Source: Bacteroidales bacterium (GTDB lineage: Bacteria > Bacteroidota > Bacteroidia > Bacteroidales > UBA932). From it: 64,000 nt of DNA. The notes beneath the pieces were generated by a model that did no database searches, was not told the origin of the DNA, and worked only from the letters and a program-made list of their open reading frames with translations. Positions within the stretch are counted from its first letter, which is position 1. Each line of letters begins with the position of its first letter. Made by a program: the position numbers and the translations under genes. Where the stretch lies: NCBI GenBank assembly GCA_031550925.1, contig JAVBOE010000017.1:21384-85383 (forward strand). Direction: 5' to 3'. Of the stretch, positions 34,143-45,700 are shown in pieces.

Positions 34143-34676
34143 ATGAGCAAAAAGCTGGCAAATAGCGAATTGAATCGCCTTAAAATCGAAGAATATAAAA
34201 CAGCGCGCAAGCATCCCATTGTTTTGGTACTGGATAATATTCGTAGTCAACATAATATAGGAGCAGCTTTTCGTACCGGAGATGCTTTTCGTATAGAGAA
34301 GGTCTATTTATGCGGAATTTGTGGTACACCGCCTAATGCAGAGATTCACAAATCTGCTTTAGGTGCTGAGGATTCGGTAGAATGGGAATACTGTAAAGAT
34401 GCTGCTGATGCTATATATAGGTTAAAAGAAGCTGGCTACACAATTGTAGGGATAGAGCAGGTTGAAAATAGTATCCCTCTAAATAAGTTTACTGTAGAAA
34501 AAGAAAAAAAGTATGCTCTTATTTTTGGAAATGAGGTAAAAGGTGTTGCTCAATCTCTAATAGATATGTGCGATTTTTGTATAGAGATACCTCAAGAAGG
34601 AACCAAGCATTCGCTTAACGTATCGGTAAGCATAGGTGTTGTTTTGTGGGATCTCTTCTGTAAGATGACAACGTAA
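34143..34676 (+). CDS. SpoU/TrmH family RNA 2'-O-methyltransferase
   Basis: 177 aa with SPOUT motifs HNIGAAFRT, LIFGNEVKGV, IPQEGTKHSLNVSVS. Confidence 0.85.
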   Translation: MSKKLANSELNRLKIEEYKTARKHPIVLVLDNIRSQHNIGAAFRTGDAFRIEKVYLCGICGTPPNAEIHKSALGAEDSVEWEYCKDAADAIYRLKEAGYTIVGIEQVENSIPLNKFTVEKEKKYALIFGNEVKGVAQSLIDMCDFCIEIPQEGTKHSLNVSVSIGVVLWDLFCKMTT

Positions 34677-34696
34677 ATTGATTGTTAGCTGCAAGT

Positions 34697-34735
34697 AAAA
34701 AGGCTTTTACCTTCAAGAGTAAAAGCCTTTTTTAT
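34697..34735. terminator. Bidirectional intrinsic terminator (trmH-like / M48 peptidase genes)
   Basis: 13-bp stem aaaaaggctttta/taaaagccttttt with a 10-nt loop and T-runs. Confidence 0.7.
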
Positions 34736-34754
34736 CGTTTTTTACTTGATGTTC

Positions 34755-35597
34755 CTACTTCTTTTTAATGCTGTTTTTTATTTGCTGATAGCGATCGGCA
34801 TAGTCGTTTCCGTTCTTAGAACCGTATGCGTGCCATGCGGCAGATATTTGCTGTACTCTATCGGCCGATGCAGGGTGAGTGCTAAAATAAGTTGCTAATC
34901 CACCTTCGCTACCAGCTCCGTCTTTTTGCAGCTTTTCAAAAAAGCCGGCAACACCAAGCGGGTTGTAGTCGGTATTGCTTAAATAATACACGGCTAAGTT
35001 GTCAGCTTCGCTTTCGTCTTTTCTGCTGAAAGCAAGACCGCCCATATTACCTGCTATTTGCGCAACCATTGTAGCCATTTCGCTGGGGTTTTGTCCTAGC
35101 AATAAGCCCGAAACATACGCAACACTGTTATTCTGAAATATCTGACGGCTAGAGTGGCGAGTAGCAGCGTGTGCAATCTCATGCGCCATAACTCCTGCCA
35201 GCTGAGCTTCGTTATCAAGATACTTAATAAGACCGGTGTAAACATATAGCTTACCACCCGGACATGCAAAAGCATTTTGTACATCATCAGCATCAATAAT
35301 CATTACAGACCAATCAAAAACATCACGATTAGCAACTACTCCCGAATTAAGGATGGTATTAGTAATACGCTTGATGTGGGTATAAGCCGTGGCGTACTTG
35401 GTTTCGTCTAAAAGGGGATAATTAGTCGGGTCTGAAGCAATTTGCGCATACATTTGGGTTCCCAAATCTTTGTCGGTAGAAACATCTGTGGGATTAATGC
35501 TGCCTAAAACGTTTGCAACATTGGTCATGGTAGAGCAGCCCATAATTGTCATGAATAGCATGGCAACTATTGAAAAAATGGTAGTTCTTTTCATCAT
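34755..35597 (-). CDS. M48 family metallopeptidase lipoprotein
   Basis: Lipobox IMGCS and HEXXH motif MAHEIAHAATRH. Confidence 0.85.
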   Translation of the reverse strand: MMKRTTIFSIVAMLFMTIMGCSTMTNVANVLGSINPTDVSTDKDLGTQMYAQIASDPTNYPLLDETKYATAYTHIKRITNTILNSGVVANRDVFDWSVMIIDADDVQNAFACPGGKLYVYTGLIKYLDNEAQLAGVMAHEIAHAATRHSSRQIFQNNSVAYVSGLLLGQNPSEMATMVAQIAGNMGGLAFSRKDESEADNLAVYYLSNTDYNPLGVAGFFEKLQKDGAGSEGGLATYFSTHPASADRVQQISAAWHAYGSKNGNDYADRYQQIKNSIKKK

Positions 35598-35848
35598 TAA
35601 TAATATAGTTTAGTGAAAATGATAATGCAAAGTTAAAATGAAATCCGATAAATCTTACTTAAATTGACGTTTTAGTGTAAAACATTTATTTTTAGAATAT
35701 TGTATGCGATGTGAACTCGGTACTTTAATGTAAAGTCTGATAAATAAATACATTTATAAGTGAGATAATATTTTGATTCTCAATAAAAATCTTTAAGTCT
35801 TATAGTCTTTAAATCTTGGAGTCTATGTAAAGTGCTAAATCATCTTGT

Positions 35849-35856
35849 TATATTTG
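35849..35856 (+). promoter_or_regulatory. -7 box TATATTTG upstream of miaB
   Basis: Perfect TAnnTTTG, 17 nt upstream of the ATG at 35873. Confidence 0.45.
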
Positions 35857-35872
35857 CACAAAATTAGTTGAG

Positions 35873-37276
35873 ATGCAAATAGGAAAGAAACAGTCAGTAA
35901 ATCAAAATATTAATCCGCAGAATATACGACCCGTTTTTAACGAGAATCAGCCCAAGCTGTATATCGAAACTTACGGTTGCCAAATGAACGTAAACGATAG
36001 TGAGGTTGTTGTTGCCATTATGCAGCAGCACGGCTATTCGGTTACCAACAGTATTGATAATGCCGATATTATTCTTGTAAATACCTGCTCTATTAGAGAT
36101 AATGCCGAACAGCGTATTTGGGGACGCTTGAGCGAGTTTAAGCAACAAAAGAAAAAACGGCCTAACGTTATTGTTGGTGTTATTGGTTGTATGGCCGAGC
36201 GCTTAAAAGAAGAGCTGATAGAGAAAGAAAAAACAGTTGACCTTGTTGTCGGTCCTGATGCATACCGAGATTTACCGGCACTTGTAGCACAGGTAGAGTC
36301 TGGGCAGAAGGGAATAAATGTATTGCTATCGCGCGAGGAGACTTATGCTGATATAAGCCCTATAAGGCTTGATAGCGTGGGTGTTTCAGCGTTTATTTCC
36401 ATTATGCGTGGATGCAATAACGTTTGCTCATACTGTGTTGTACCTTATACCAGAGGTGGAGAGCGTAGTCGTGACCCTGAAACAATTGTAAATGAAGCAA
36501 AAGTATTGCTGGATAATGGATATAAAGAGGTTACGTTATTAGGACAAAATGTAGATTCATACAAATGGGTTGACCCAAAAAATCCAACACAATCGGTAAA
36601 TTTTGCTCAGCTGTTAGAGATGGTTGCTTTGCTCAGTCCGAAGCTACGTGTACGCTTTGCGACATCGCATCCAAAGGATATGAGTAACGGTGTGCTTTAC
36701 ACCATGGCAATGTACAATAATATATGTAACTGCATTCATCTGCCCGTTCAATCCGGGAGCACACGTATGCTCGATTTGATGAATCGTAAATATAGTAGAG
36801 AAGAGTATATGGAGCGCATCAAAAAAATTCGTGAAATCATTCCCGATTGCGCAATTACAACCGATGTTATTGCCGGATTCTGTACCGAAACAGAAGACGA
36901 TCATAAGCAAACACTGTCGCTTATGCAAGAGGTAGGCTACGAATTTGCATATATGTTTAAGTACTCCGAGCGACCTAATACAAAGGCTGCGCGCCATATG
37001 CAAGATGATGTAACAGATGATATAAAGACCGAGAGGTTAAACGAAATCATTGCATTGCAAAATAAGCTGTCGGAGCTAAGCAATAAAAAAGATGTTGGTA
37101 AAACATTTGAGGTATTGGTAGAAGGGTGCTCTAAACGATCTGATGATTTTCTATCGGGGCGTACATCTCAAAATAAAGTGGTAGTATTTCCAAAGGGAAA
37201 GTACAACATTGGAGATTATGTGACAGTAAAGGTTACCGATTGCACTTCGGCTACGTTAATGGGAGAGCCTGTGTAA
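35873..37276 (+). CDS. miaB: tRNA-2-methylthio-N6-dimethylallyladenosine synthase (radical SAM methylthiotransferase)
   Basis: TYGCQMN N-terminal cluster motif, radical [15 protein letters not shown]-terminal TRAM domain. Confidence 0.9.
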   Translation: MQIGKKQSVNQNINPQNIRPVFNENQPKLYIETYGCQMNVNDSEVVVAIMQQHGYSVTNSIDNADIILVNTCSIRDNAEQRIWGRLSEFKQQKKKRPNVIVGVIGCMAERLKEELIEKEKTVDLVVGPDAYRDLPALVAQVESGQKGINVLLSREETYADISPIRLDSVGVSAFISIMRGCNNVCSYCVVPYTRGGERSRDPETIVNEAKVLLDNGYKEVTLLGQNVDSYKWVDPKNPTQSVNFAQLLEMVALLSPKLRVRFATSHPKDMSNGVLYTMAMYNNICNCIHLPVQSGSTRMLDLMNRKYSREEYMERIKKIREIIPDCAITTDVIAGFCTETEDDHKQTLSLMQEVGYEFAYMFKYSERPNTKAARHMQDDVTDDIKTERLNEIIALQNKLSELSNKKDVGKTFEVLVEGCSKRSDDFLSGRTSQNKVVVFPKGKYNIGDYVTVKVTDCTSATLMGEPV

Positions 37277-37310
37277 CTTTGCTCGAAATGACGCTGTTTT
37301 TGTCGTGATA

Positions 37311-37332
37311 CATGATACTTGTATCGTGCATC
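37311..37332 (+). repeat. Family-C motif catgatacttgtatcgtgcatc (GATAC-N2-GTATC dyad)
   Basis: The 18-mer atacttgtatcgtgcatc is identical at 38864-38881. The 19-mer catgatacttgtatcgtgc is the reverse complement of 31431-31449. Confidence 0.85.
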
Positions 37333-37341
37333 TATTCCCTT

Positions 37342-38778
37342 TTACAGTTCTTTCCGCAAGCGTGCAACAGGAATATTCAGCTGCTCACGATATTTGGCTA
37401 CTGTGCGCCTTGCAATGCGGTAGCCTTTTTCGTTGAGTATAGCTGTTAGCTGTTCGTCGGTAACGGGGTTACGCTTATCCTCATTGGCAACGCACTCCGA
37501 TAGAATATTTTTTACTTCGCGGGTAGAAACTTCTTCGCCCGAATCGGTAAGCATACCTTCAGAGAAAAAGTGCTTGAGCGGGAAAATACCAAAGTGTGTT
37601 TGAATATACTTGCTGTTTACAACTCTTGATATTGTTGAGATATCCAAACCTGTGCGCTCCGCAATATCTTTTAGTATCATAGGTTTCAGCTTAGATTCGT
37701 CGCCATCGATAAAATAATCGTGCTGAAAATCTATAATGGTTTGCATCGTATTCGTCAGCGTATTTTGGCGCTGCTTTATTGATTCGATAAACCATTTAGC
37801 CGAATCTATTTTTTGCTTAATAAAGTTTACCGCTTCTTTTTCTTGCTCGTTATAAGAGCTGTTTTTGTCGGAGTAATCTTGTAGCAGCTCCGAATAGCCT
37901 TTACTTACACGTAGCTCGGGGACGTTGTAAGAGTTAAGGCTTAGCTGCAAATCCCCATCTTTCAGCTCAAGAATAAAATCGGGTATTACTTGTTGCGCTT
38001 GACTACTGTATGCATCTGTAAAATTACCGCCTGGCCTGGGGTTCAGCTTTACAATTTCGGCAATGGCATCTTTCAGCTGCTCTTCGTCTATGTCAAGCTT
38101 TGCAATAATCTTATCGTAATGCTTCTTGGTAAATGCTTCAAAGCTATTAGCGATAACCTCTTCTGCCAGCTCTACTGTTGAAGTTTGTGTTTTTGCTTTT
38201 AGCTGAAGTAGTAAACACTCTTGCAAATCTCTTGCTCCTATACCGGGAGGATCGAAGTCCTGAATAATAGCAAGCACTTCTTGTAGTTCTGCAACGCTGA
38301 CCTCCATGTTTTGCTTAAACGCCAAATCGTCCGAGATTGACTCCAAATCACGACGCAAATAACCATCATCATCTATACTCCCTACAAGAAATTTTCCGAT
38401 GCTATATTGCCTAGGACTTAGCTGACGAAAACCCAGCTGGCTATCTAAATACTGCTGTAAACTTTCTGAGGTGGACAAAGTGGAATACTCCTTCTTCTCA
38501 TCCTTCGATTGGTTATTTACCTGCAGCTTATATGATGGTGTGTCGTCTTCTTCGTTCAGGTAATCTTCTAGCGTAAACTCATCCTGCGTTTGCTCGTTTT
38601 CTGTATCAGAAGAATTTTCATCAATCTCGTGTCCTTCTTCCAATGCAGGGTTCTCTTCCAGTTCTTTTTTTATGCGTTGCTCAAGCTGCATAGTCGGCAA
38701 CTCCAGCATTTTTATCGTCTGGATTTGCAGCGGCGAGAGCTTTTGCAACATTTTTTGCTGGAGAGATTGTTTAAGCAT
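37342..38778 (-). CDS. rpoN: RNA polymerase sigma-54 factor
   Basis: 478 aa with an acidic region II and the RpoN box IARRTVAKYREQLNIP. Confidence 0.95.
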   Translation of the reverse strand: MLKQSLQQKMLQKLSPLQIQTIKMLELPTMQLEQRIKKELEENPALEEGHEIDENSSDTENEQTQDEFTLEDYLNEEDDTPSYKLQVNNQSKDEKKEYSTLSTSESLQQYLDSQLGFRQLSPRQYSIGKFLVGSIDDDGYLRRDLESISDDLAFKQNMEVSVAELQEVLAIIQDFDPPGIGARDLQECLLLQLKAKTQTSTVELAEEVIANSFEAFTKKHYDKIIAKLDIDEEQLKDAIAEIVKLNPRPGGNFTDAYSSQAQQVIPDFILELKDGDLQLSLNSYNVPELRVSKGYSELLQDYSDKNSSYNEQEKEAVNFIKQKIDSAKWFIESIKQRQNTLTNTMQTIIDFQHDYFIDGDESKLKPMILKDIAERTGLDISTISRVVNSKYIQTHFGIFPLKHFFSEGMLTDSGEEVSTREVKNILSECVANEDKRNPVTDEQLTAILNEKGYRIARRTVAKYREQLNIPVARLRKEL

Positions 38779-38863
38779 TATACGTTAATGGTAAAGCGTT
38801 AATCGTAAATAGATCCAATACATTCAAGAAATTAAAAACAAAAATCTAAATCTTCTTTTCGTA

Positions 38864-38881
38864 ATACTTGTATCGTGCATC
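38864..38881 (+). repeat. Family-C motif, direct repeat of 37315-37332
   Basis: Exact 18-nt match atacttgtatcgtgcatc on the other side of rpoN. Confidence 0.85.
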
Positions 38882-38896
38882 GTGATACTAGCCTCT

Positions 38897-40300
38897 TTAA
38901 AACTCTGCATTCTTAGGTGTACGTGGAAATGGAATAACATCGCGGATGTTTGCCATACCTGTAACAAATAGCAATAAACGCTCAAAGCCTAAACCAAAAC
39001 CGCTGTGAGGAACGGTACCAAAACGGCGCGTATCAAGGTACCACCACATATCTTTTAACGGGATTTGCAGCTCTTCGATACGTGCCATCAGCTTATCATA
39101 GTTCTCTTCACGCTGCGAACCACCAATAATTTCTCCAATTTTCGGGAAAAGCACATCCATAGCACGAACGGTTTTGCCATCCTCGTTTTGCTTCATGTAG
39201 AAAGCCTTTATCTCTTTTGGGTAGTTGGTAAGAATTACCGGCTTCTTAAAATGCTTCTCTACTAAATAACGCTCATGCTCCGATTGCAAATCTACTCCCC
39301 AGCTAACGGGATATTCAAACTTTTGCTCAGCCTTCATCAGTATTTCAACACCTTCTGTATAATCCAAGCGGACAAATTCAGTAGTCACCACGCTCTGTAA
39401 GCGTTCTAGCAGCTCCTTATCCCACATGTCATTTAAGAATTTCAGATCATCAGCGCAATTTTCTATAGCGTAACGAACAAGGTATTTGATAAAATCTTCT
39501 GCCAAATCCATGTTCTCCTTAATCTCATAGAACGCCATTTCGGGCTCTATCATCCAGAACTCTGCAAGGTGGCGAGGTGTGTTAGAGTTTTCGGCACGGA
39601 AAGTAGGACCGAAAGTATATATTTCTGATAAAGAGGTTGCCACAAGCTCACCTTCCAGCTGCCCCGAAACAGTAAGGTTAGTGTGCTTTCCAAAGAAATC
39701 TTCTGCAAAGTTTACGCTTTTATCATCCTTGCGCGGAGGGTTCTCCATATCAAGCGTAGTAACGGTAAACATGGCGCCTGCACCTTCTGCATCAGAGCCT
39801 GTAACGATGGGTGTATGTACATATACAAATCCTTTATCGTTAAAATATTTATGTATGGCAAATGCCATTGCGTGACGTATGCGTAGCACTGCACCAAACG
39901 TATTGGTACGAGGGCGTAAGTGGGCAATCTCGCGTAAAAACTCTAACGAGTGTCCTTTCTTTTGTAAAGGATACGTCTCAGGATCAGCGGTACCATATAC
40001 CTCTATGCTTGCAATTTGTATTTCTACAGGCTGACCGCTTCCGGTAGATTCAACCAGCTTACCTTTTGCACAGATTGCAGCACCTGTAGTTACCAATTTC
40101 AATAAGTCTTCGTCAAAGTTGGCAACATCAACTACAAGCTGCATATTATTTATAGTCGAACCATCGTTAAGCGCAATAAAGGCAATACTCTTATTACCAC
40201 GCTTTGTTCGTACCCAACCTTTAACGGTAACATCACGACCTATTTCTTTCGACTGTAAAAGGGCTGCTATCTTCTCGCGCCCGGGTGTTTGCATGTGCAT
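38897..40300 (-). CDS. asnS: Asparagine--tRNA ligase
   Basis: 467-aa class IIb synthetase: OB-fold N-terminus, [30 protein letters not shown]. Confidence 0.9.
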   Translation of the reverse strand: MHMQTPGREKIAALLQSKEIGRDVTVKGWVRTKRGNKSIAFIALNDGSTINNMQLVVDVANFDEDLLKLVTTGAAICAKGKLVESTGSGQPVEIQIASIEVYGTADPETYPLQKKGHSLEFLREIAHLRPRTNTFGAVLRIRHAMAFAIHKYFNDKGFVYVHTPIVTGSDAEGAGAMFTVTTLDMENPPRKDDKSVNFAEDFFGKHTNLTVSGQLEGELVATSLSEIYTFGPTFRAENSNTPRHLAEFWMIEPEMAFYEIKENMDLAEDFIKYLVRYAIENCADDLKFLNDMWDKELLERLQSVVTTEFVRLDYTEGVEILMKAEQKFEYPVSWGVDLQSEHERYLVEKHFKKPVILTNYPKEIKAFYMKQNEDGKTVRAMDVLFPKIGEIIGGSQREENYDKLMARIEELQIPLKDMWWYLDTRRFGTVPHSGFGLGFERLLLFVTGMANIRDVIPFPRTPKNAEF

Positions 40301-40321
40301 AGTTTGTAGTTATTTAGGAGT

Positions 40322-40352
40322 CCACCCCAACCCTCCCAAAGGGAGGGGGGTT
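40322..40352 (+). repeat. Family-E GC-rich hairpin element (monomer) between hutH and asnS
   Basis: caccccaaccctccc-aaa-gggagggg matches 59405-59437 (caccctaaccctccc-gga-gggagggg) at about 23/26 positions. Confidence 0.8.
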
Positions 40353-40369
40353 CTTTGTTTTTATTAATA

Positions 40370-41875
40370 TTATTTCTGTGGAGTTTCAAAATCTCCTTCA
40401 CGTATAAATTCAACAGTTTTTTCAATTTCAGAGTACATTACCTTGTCAACCGTAATAAACGGAACGACTTCTCTATAGCTGGCAAGCAGCTCTTCTAGGT
40501 ATGGCGATGTTTTTGCAGGACGGCGGAACTCTATTGCCTGTGCCGCATCCATCAGCTCTATTGCCAAAACTCTTTCAATGTTATCTACAACACGAAGTAG
40601 CTTAGTTGCAGCATTTGCACCCATACTCACGTGGTCTTCCTGTCCATTAGATGAAACAATAGAATCTACCGATGCCGGATGACAAAGTATCTTATTCTGG
40701 CTAACCATTGATGCAGCTGCGTATTGAGGAATCATGAATCCTGAGTTTAACCCCGGCTTTGCAACCAAAAATTCCGGTAGTCCGCGTAAACCTAGTATCA
40801 GCTGCGCTGTACGGCGTTCCGAAATATTACCCAGCTCCGCTAATGCCATCGCCAAAAAGTCTAATGCTAATGCTAAAGGCTGTCCGTGGAAGTTCCCTCC
40901 TGATAGCACTGCATCTTCATCGGGGAATACAGTTGGATTATCGGTAACCGAATTTATTTCTGTTGTAAGCACTCCCGCCACATAGCTGATAGCATCTTTT
41001 GAAGCACCATGTACTTGCGGCATACAGCGGAACGAGTAGGGGTCTTGCACATGTGTTTTTTTACGTGCAATTAGCTCACTCCCTTTTAAAATATTGCGAA
41101 TATTAAGTGCAGTTTCTATCTGTCCGCTATGCGGGCGAATGTTGTGCAGCAATGCGTTGAACGGTTCGATAATACCATCGTATGCATCAATAGATAATGC
41201 GCCGATTACATCGGCCAGCTTAGCTAGCTTAAATGCTTTAAGAAGAGCATAAACGCCATGCGCACTCATAAATTGGGTGCCGTTAAGTAGGGCAAGTCCT
41301 TCTTTAGATTGTAGCTCAATAGGCTCCCATCCGAATTCTGCCAGCACTTCTGCTGCGGCTCTTTTTTCTCCCTTATAGCGAACTTCACCTAAACCGATAA
41401 GAGGTAAAAACAGGTTCGACAAAGGAGCTAAATCGCCTGAAGCGCCTAGTGATCCACGGTCATATACGATTGGTAATACATCGTTGTTGTAAAAGTCTAT
41501 AATTCGTTGTACCGTTACTACCTGTACTCCGCTATATCCAAGCGATAGGGCATAGGCTTTTAGTAACAGCATCAGCTTAACGATTCCGGGCTGAACTTCA
41601 TCACCCATGCTGCAAGCATGAGACATTACAAGGTTTTTTTGTAGCTGTCCCAGCTCTTCTATAGATATAGATTTATTGCAGAGTGAGCCAAAGCCTGTTG
41701 TAACACCATAAATGGGCTTTTCCTGCGACTTCATTTTGTTGTCGAGATAATCTCGACATTTCTGAATCGCAGCTTTCGACTCCTCGCCAAGCACCAGCGT
41801 ATAGCCTTCGTTTAGTAGGGTTGAGATCAGCTCAAAGCTCATTATTTCAGAGCCTAAAATATGTTGTTTGCTCAT
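40370..41875 (-). CDS. hutH: Histidine ammonia-lyase (MIO enzyme)
   Basis: GSLGASGDLAPLS MIO triad, TTGFGSL, SHACSMG, GGNFHGQP. The track start at 41902 is TTG, and the first ATG is at 41875 (MSKQHILG). Confidence 0.85.
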   Translation of the reverse strand: MSKQHILGSEIMSFELISTLLNEGYTLVLGEESKAAIQKCRDYLDNKMKSQEKPIYGVTTGFGSLCNKSISIEELGQLQKNLVMSHACSMGDEVQPGIVKLMLLLKAYALSLGYSGVQVVTVQRIIDFYNNDVLPIVYDRGSLGASGDLAPLSNLFLPLIGLGEVRYKGEKRAAAEVLAEFGWEPIELQSKEGLALLNGTQFMSAHGVYALLKAFKLAKLADVIGALSIDAYDGIIEPFNALLHNIRPHSGQIETALNIRNILKGSELIARKKTHVQDPYSFRCMPQVHGASKDAISYVAGVLTTEINSVTDNPTVFPDEDAVLSGGNFHGQPLALALDFLAMALAELGNISERRTAQLILGLRGLPEFLVAKPGLNSGFMIPQYAAASMVSQNKILCHPASVDSIVSSNGQEDHVSMGANAATKLLRVVDNIERVLAIELMDAAQAIEFRRPAKTSPYLEELLASYREVVPFITVDKVMYSEIEKTVEFIREGDFETPQK

Positions 41876-41899
41876 AAACACTTTATGTTTTGAAGAAAA

Positions 41900-41907
41900 C
41901 AAAAGTA
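41900..41907 (-). promoter_or_regulatory. -7 box TACTTTTG upstream of hutH
   Basis: Perfect TAnnTTTG on the minus strand, 25 nt upstream of ATG 41875. It overlaps the TTG start proposed by the track. Confidence 0.45.
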
Positions 41908-42062
41908 GTAAAAAATAGATTCTTTAGCAGTATAACTGTTAAAGTTCACAAAAACAATATGTTGAGCCTTGTGGGTAAAAATTAACGTAAAAAATTTGAG
42001 ACACATTAACACTAAACTACCGATATTTGAGTAATAGCTATTATTTCGTAAATAAATAATCG

Positions 42063-42070
42063 TACTTTTG
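42063..42070 (+). promoter_or_regulatory. -7 box TACTTTTG upstream of ruvA
   Basis: Perfect TAnnTTTG, 33 nt upstream of the ATG at 42104. Confidence 0.45.
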
Positions 42071-42103
42071 TAAGTTAAAAGTGTTTGTTAAATATATTGC
42101 TGA

Positions 42104-42685
42104 ATGTACGAATTCATTAGAGGAGAAGTTCAGAGTTTAACACCGGCTACAGCTATTGTAGAAACGGGCGGCATAGGATATTTTATTAACATATCACTGC
42201 AAACATATACTAAGATAGGCCAAGAGCGAAAGGTTTGTTTGCTGCTCCATCATGTGGTTCGAGAAGATGCTCAGCTGCTTTTTGGCTTTTTTGATGAAGA
42301 AGAGAGGGTGATTTTCCGTCAGCTCATTAGTGTTACAGGTGTTGGTGTAAATACGGCACGCATGATACTTTCGTCCTTATCTTCATTGGATATTGCTGCT
42401 GCAATTGAGAAAGAAGATGTTTCGAAGCTGAAAGGCGTAAAAGGTATTGGCTTAAAGACGGCTCAACGCATTATAGTTGATTTGAAAGGGAAGGTACATG
42501 AAGCAACGTTAGCCGGAAAGCTGCCGAGTACTCCTGCCGGAAAGGCAAGAGAAGAAGCAATGTCGGCTTTAATTACGTTGGGTTTCTCGCGGACTGCTGT
42601 TGAGAAAGTTTTAGATTCTTTAGTAAGTGAAGGTTTGGGAAGTTCGGTGGAAGAGCTGATTAAACAATCGCTTAAACGATTATAG
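42104..42685 (+). CDS. ruvA: Holliday junction branch migration complex subunit RuvA
   Basis: MYEFIRGEV N-terminus and two helix-hairpin-helix motifs (VTGVGVNTA, VKGIGLKTAQRI). Confidence 0.92.
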   Translation: MYEFIRGEVQSLTPATAIVETGGIGYFINISLQTYTKIGQERKVCLLLHHVVREDAQLLFGFFDEEERVIFRQLISVTGVGVNTARMILSSLSSLDIAAAIEKEDVSKLKGVKGIGLKTAQRIIVDLKGKVHEATLAGKLPSTPAGKAREEAMSALITLGFSRTAVEKVLDSLVSEGLGSSVEELIKQSLKRL

Positions 42686-42750
42686 TAGATGTAAAGACAT
42701 TAAGACTTAAAGACAAATAGACAAAAGTCTTCAAAAATATACACAGAGAT

Positions 42751-45700
42751 ATGCTGAAAAAGGGCGCTCTTTTACTTTTCATCATTTTTGTATTTTGCTC
42801 AACAAAGGGTTTGGCACAGACATTATCGTCTGCTGATCAATGGTACAACCCTCTACAAGAAGAGGTTATAGAGTATAACCCTAATACCGGTAGCTACTAC
42901 TTCTATAAGCTGGAAGGGGGCAAAAAATCAATCCCGTATAAAATACTTTCGACCGAAGAATTCAGTAAATTTCAGCAGGAAAACGCCATGCGCGAAGAAT
43001 GGATTGCGCAACGAAATACATCAAACCAAGGTGTTTCCAGAGGCACTCGGGGTGGATTAATTCCTTCGGTAAGGGTTAACAGCGATTTATTTGGAGATAT
43101 ATTCGGAGGTAATGATATTACGATCACGCCACAGGGAAGTGTCGAGGCAATCTTTGGTATAACTCATACTAAGAACGACAACCCGATGATTCCCAGTCAG
43201 TATAGAGGGAGTACATCGTTTGATTTTGATACTAACCTTCAGTTTAATATTTCGGGAAATATCGGAGAGCGTTTAAAGCTGAACTTTAACTATGATACCC
43301 AAGCAACATTTGATTTCGATCAGGAAATAAAGCTGCAGTATGTTGGTCAGGAAGATGATATTTTGCAAAAGTTGGAAGCGGGAAATGTTAGCCTGCCTCT
43401 TTCGGGATCGTTGATAACAGGAAGCCAAAGCTTATTTGGTATAAAAACAGAGCTGAAGTTTGGAAAGCTAACGTTTACCGGAATTGTGTCGCAGCAAAGG
43501 TCGGAGTCTAAAGAAGTTATTATTCAGGGAGGAGCACAGAATCGCACATTTGAAATCGCCATTGATGAGTACGATGCCAATCGTCATTTCTTTTTATCGC
43601 AAGTTTTTTACGATAACTACGATAAAGCTTTAGAGCAGCTACCGCTTATTCGTTCGGGTATAAACATTACTAAAATAGAGGTTTGGGTTACTAATAAAAC
43701 CAGCCAGTTTGATAATGCCCGTAGTGTTGTAGCTTTCATGGATTTGGCAGAACCTTTTACGCTGTATGATGCCTCGTTGTCTTCAAGCCCACCGGCTAGC
43801 ACGTATCCATATGATGATGCAAATAAGCTGTTCACATCAAAAGTTAATAGAGATAATCTTCGTACTGTCAGTGATGTTACAAGTTATCTTACAGGTGTTG
43901 GATATACAGGCGGATCGAACTACGAGAAGCTTGAAAATGCGCGTAAGCTGACTCAAGGCTCAGACTACATACTGAATGCAGAGCTAGGTTATATATCGCT
44001 TACTACCGCGCTTAACTCAGACGAGGTATTGGCTGTTGCATACGAATATACATATAACGGAAAGGCCCTTAAAGTCGGAGAACTTTCTACCGATGGAATT
44101 ATTTCTCCTAAAGCGCTTATTGTAAAGCTGCTAAAAGGAACAAACTTTATCCCGAAGTTCCCGAACTGGAAGCTGATGATGAAGAACGTTTATAACTTAG
44201 ACGCATATCAGGTTAGTAAAGAGAACTTCTTGATGGATATTTACTATCAGGACAGTCAAGCAGGAACAAACTTACCATACCTTACCGAGGGCAGCATAGC
44301 AAATCAACCTCTTATTAGAGCGCTGCATTTAGATAACCTAAACTCACAAAATGATGCTTATCCCGATGGTGTGTTCGACTTTGTTGAAGGTGTTACGGTT
44401 ATTGCCAGCCAAGGGAAAATAATCTTCCCGGTAAAAGAACCTTTCGGAAGATATCTGGAGAAAAAGATTAATAACCAGTCTATCGCGGATAAATATACTT
44501 ATAAGGAGTTGTACGACTCTACGCTTACTAAGGCACGAGAGCTGGCCGAGAAAAATAAGTTTACGCTGATAGGTAGCTACCAATCGGAGGTTGCCTCAGA
44601 GATATACCTTAATGCTACCAATATACCCGAAGGCTCTGTTATTGTTACAGCCGGTAGTACTCGCCTTGTTGAAAACGTTGACTATTTGGTGAACTACACA
44701 ATGGGAACGGTGCAGATTATTAATTCATTTTATTTAGAATCTGGCGCTCCTATTAAGGTTTCGGTAGAAGACAATGGTCTGTTTAATGTAATGAGAAAGA
44801 CCATGTACGGGGCGCACCTAAACTATGAGATCAACAAAGACTTTAACGTAGGAGCAACAGTTTTAGGTTTGCATGAACGGCCGCTTACTCAAAAGCTGAC
44901 ATATGGAGACGATCCTATCTCGAATATTATGTGGGGGTTGAACTTATCATACAGAACAGAATCGAACTTTTTGACTAAAATGGTAAATAAAATACCATTC
45001 ATTAATACCCGGGCTCCTTCGTACATTAATGTTGATGCCGAATTTGCTCAGCTGCTTCCGGGGCAATCCAGCTCTGCCGACGGAAAAACATTTATTGATG
45101 ACTTTGATGGAACGCAAACAGCAATGGATTTGCGCAGCTACCTTGCATGGTCCTTATCCAGCACTCCAAGCACTTTTCCTGAATCTACGCTTAGTGATAA
45201 TCTGGAATACGGATACCGCAGGTCTAAGCTGGCATGGTACACCATATCAACAGATTTTACCCGCAATACTTCGTCAACACCCTCATACGTCCGTAATGAT
45301 AGAACTAAATATTTAGGAAATCACTATGTACGTGAAATACCAATTCAAGAAATTTACCCTAACAGAGATATTATTGCCGGAACGTCTCCCTACCTTACCA
45401 CGCTTAGCTTAGCGTACTACCCAACGATAAGAGGGCCATATAACTATCAGGCAAGCTCAAGTAAGGTTAAATCAGATGGAACGTTCTCAAATCCTGTGGA
45501 ACAGTGGGGAGGTATGATGAGACCTCTTACCGAAACGGATTTTGAGACTGCTAACTATGAGTATATCGAGTTTTGGCTGATGGATCCTTTTGTGTACAAT
45601 GAAAATGGTAAGGGCGGAGATTTATACATTAACCTTGGAAACATTTCGGAAGATATCTTAAAAGATGGGCATAAGCAGTATGAAAACGGGCTTCCTTACC

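Noticed and set aside
40370-41875. hutH as part of a histidine-utilisation operon, or as a second gene of the polyene cluster
   Set aside because: No hutU, hutI, hutG or ftcD is adjacent, since the neighbours are asnS and ruvA. It is also 24 kb from the cluster, so I report it only as an orphan paralog for comparison.
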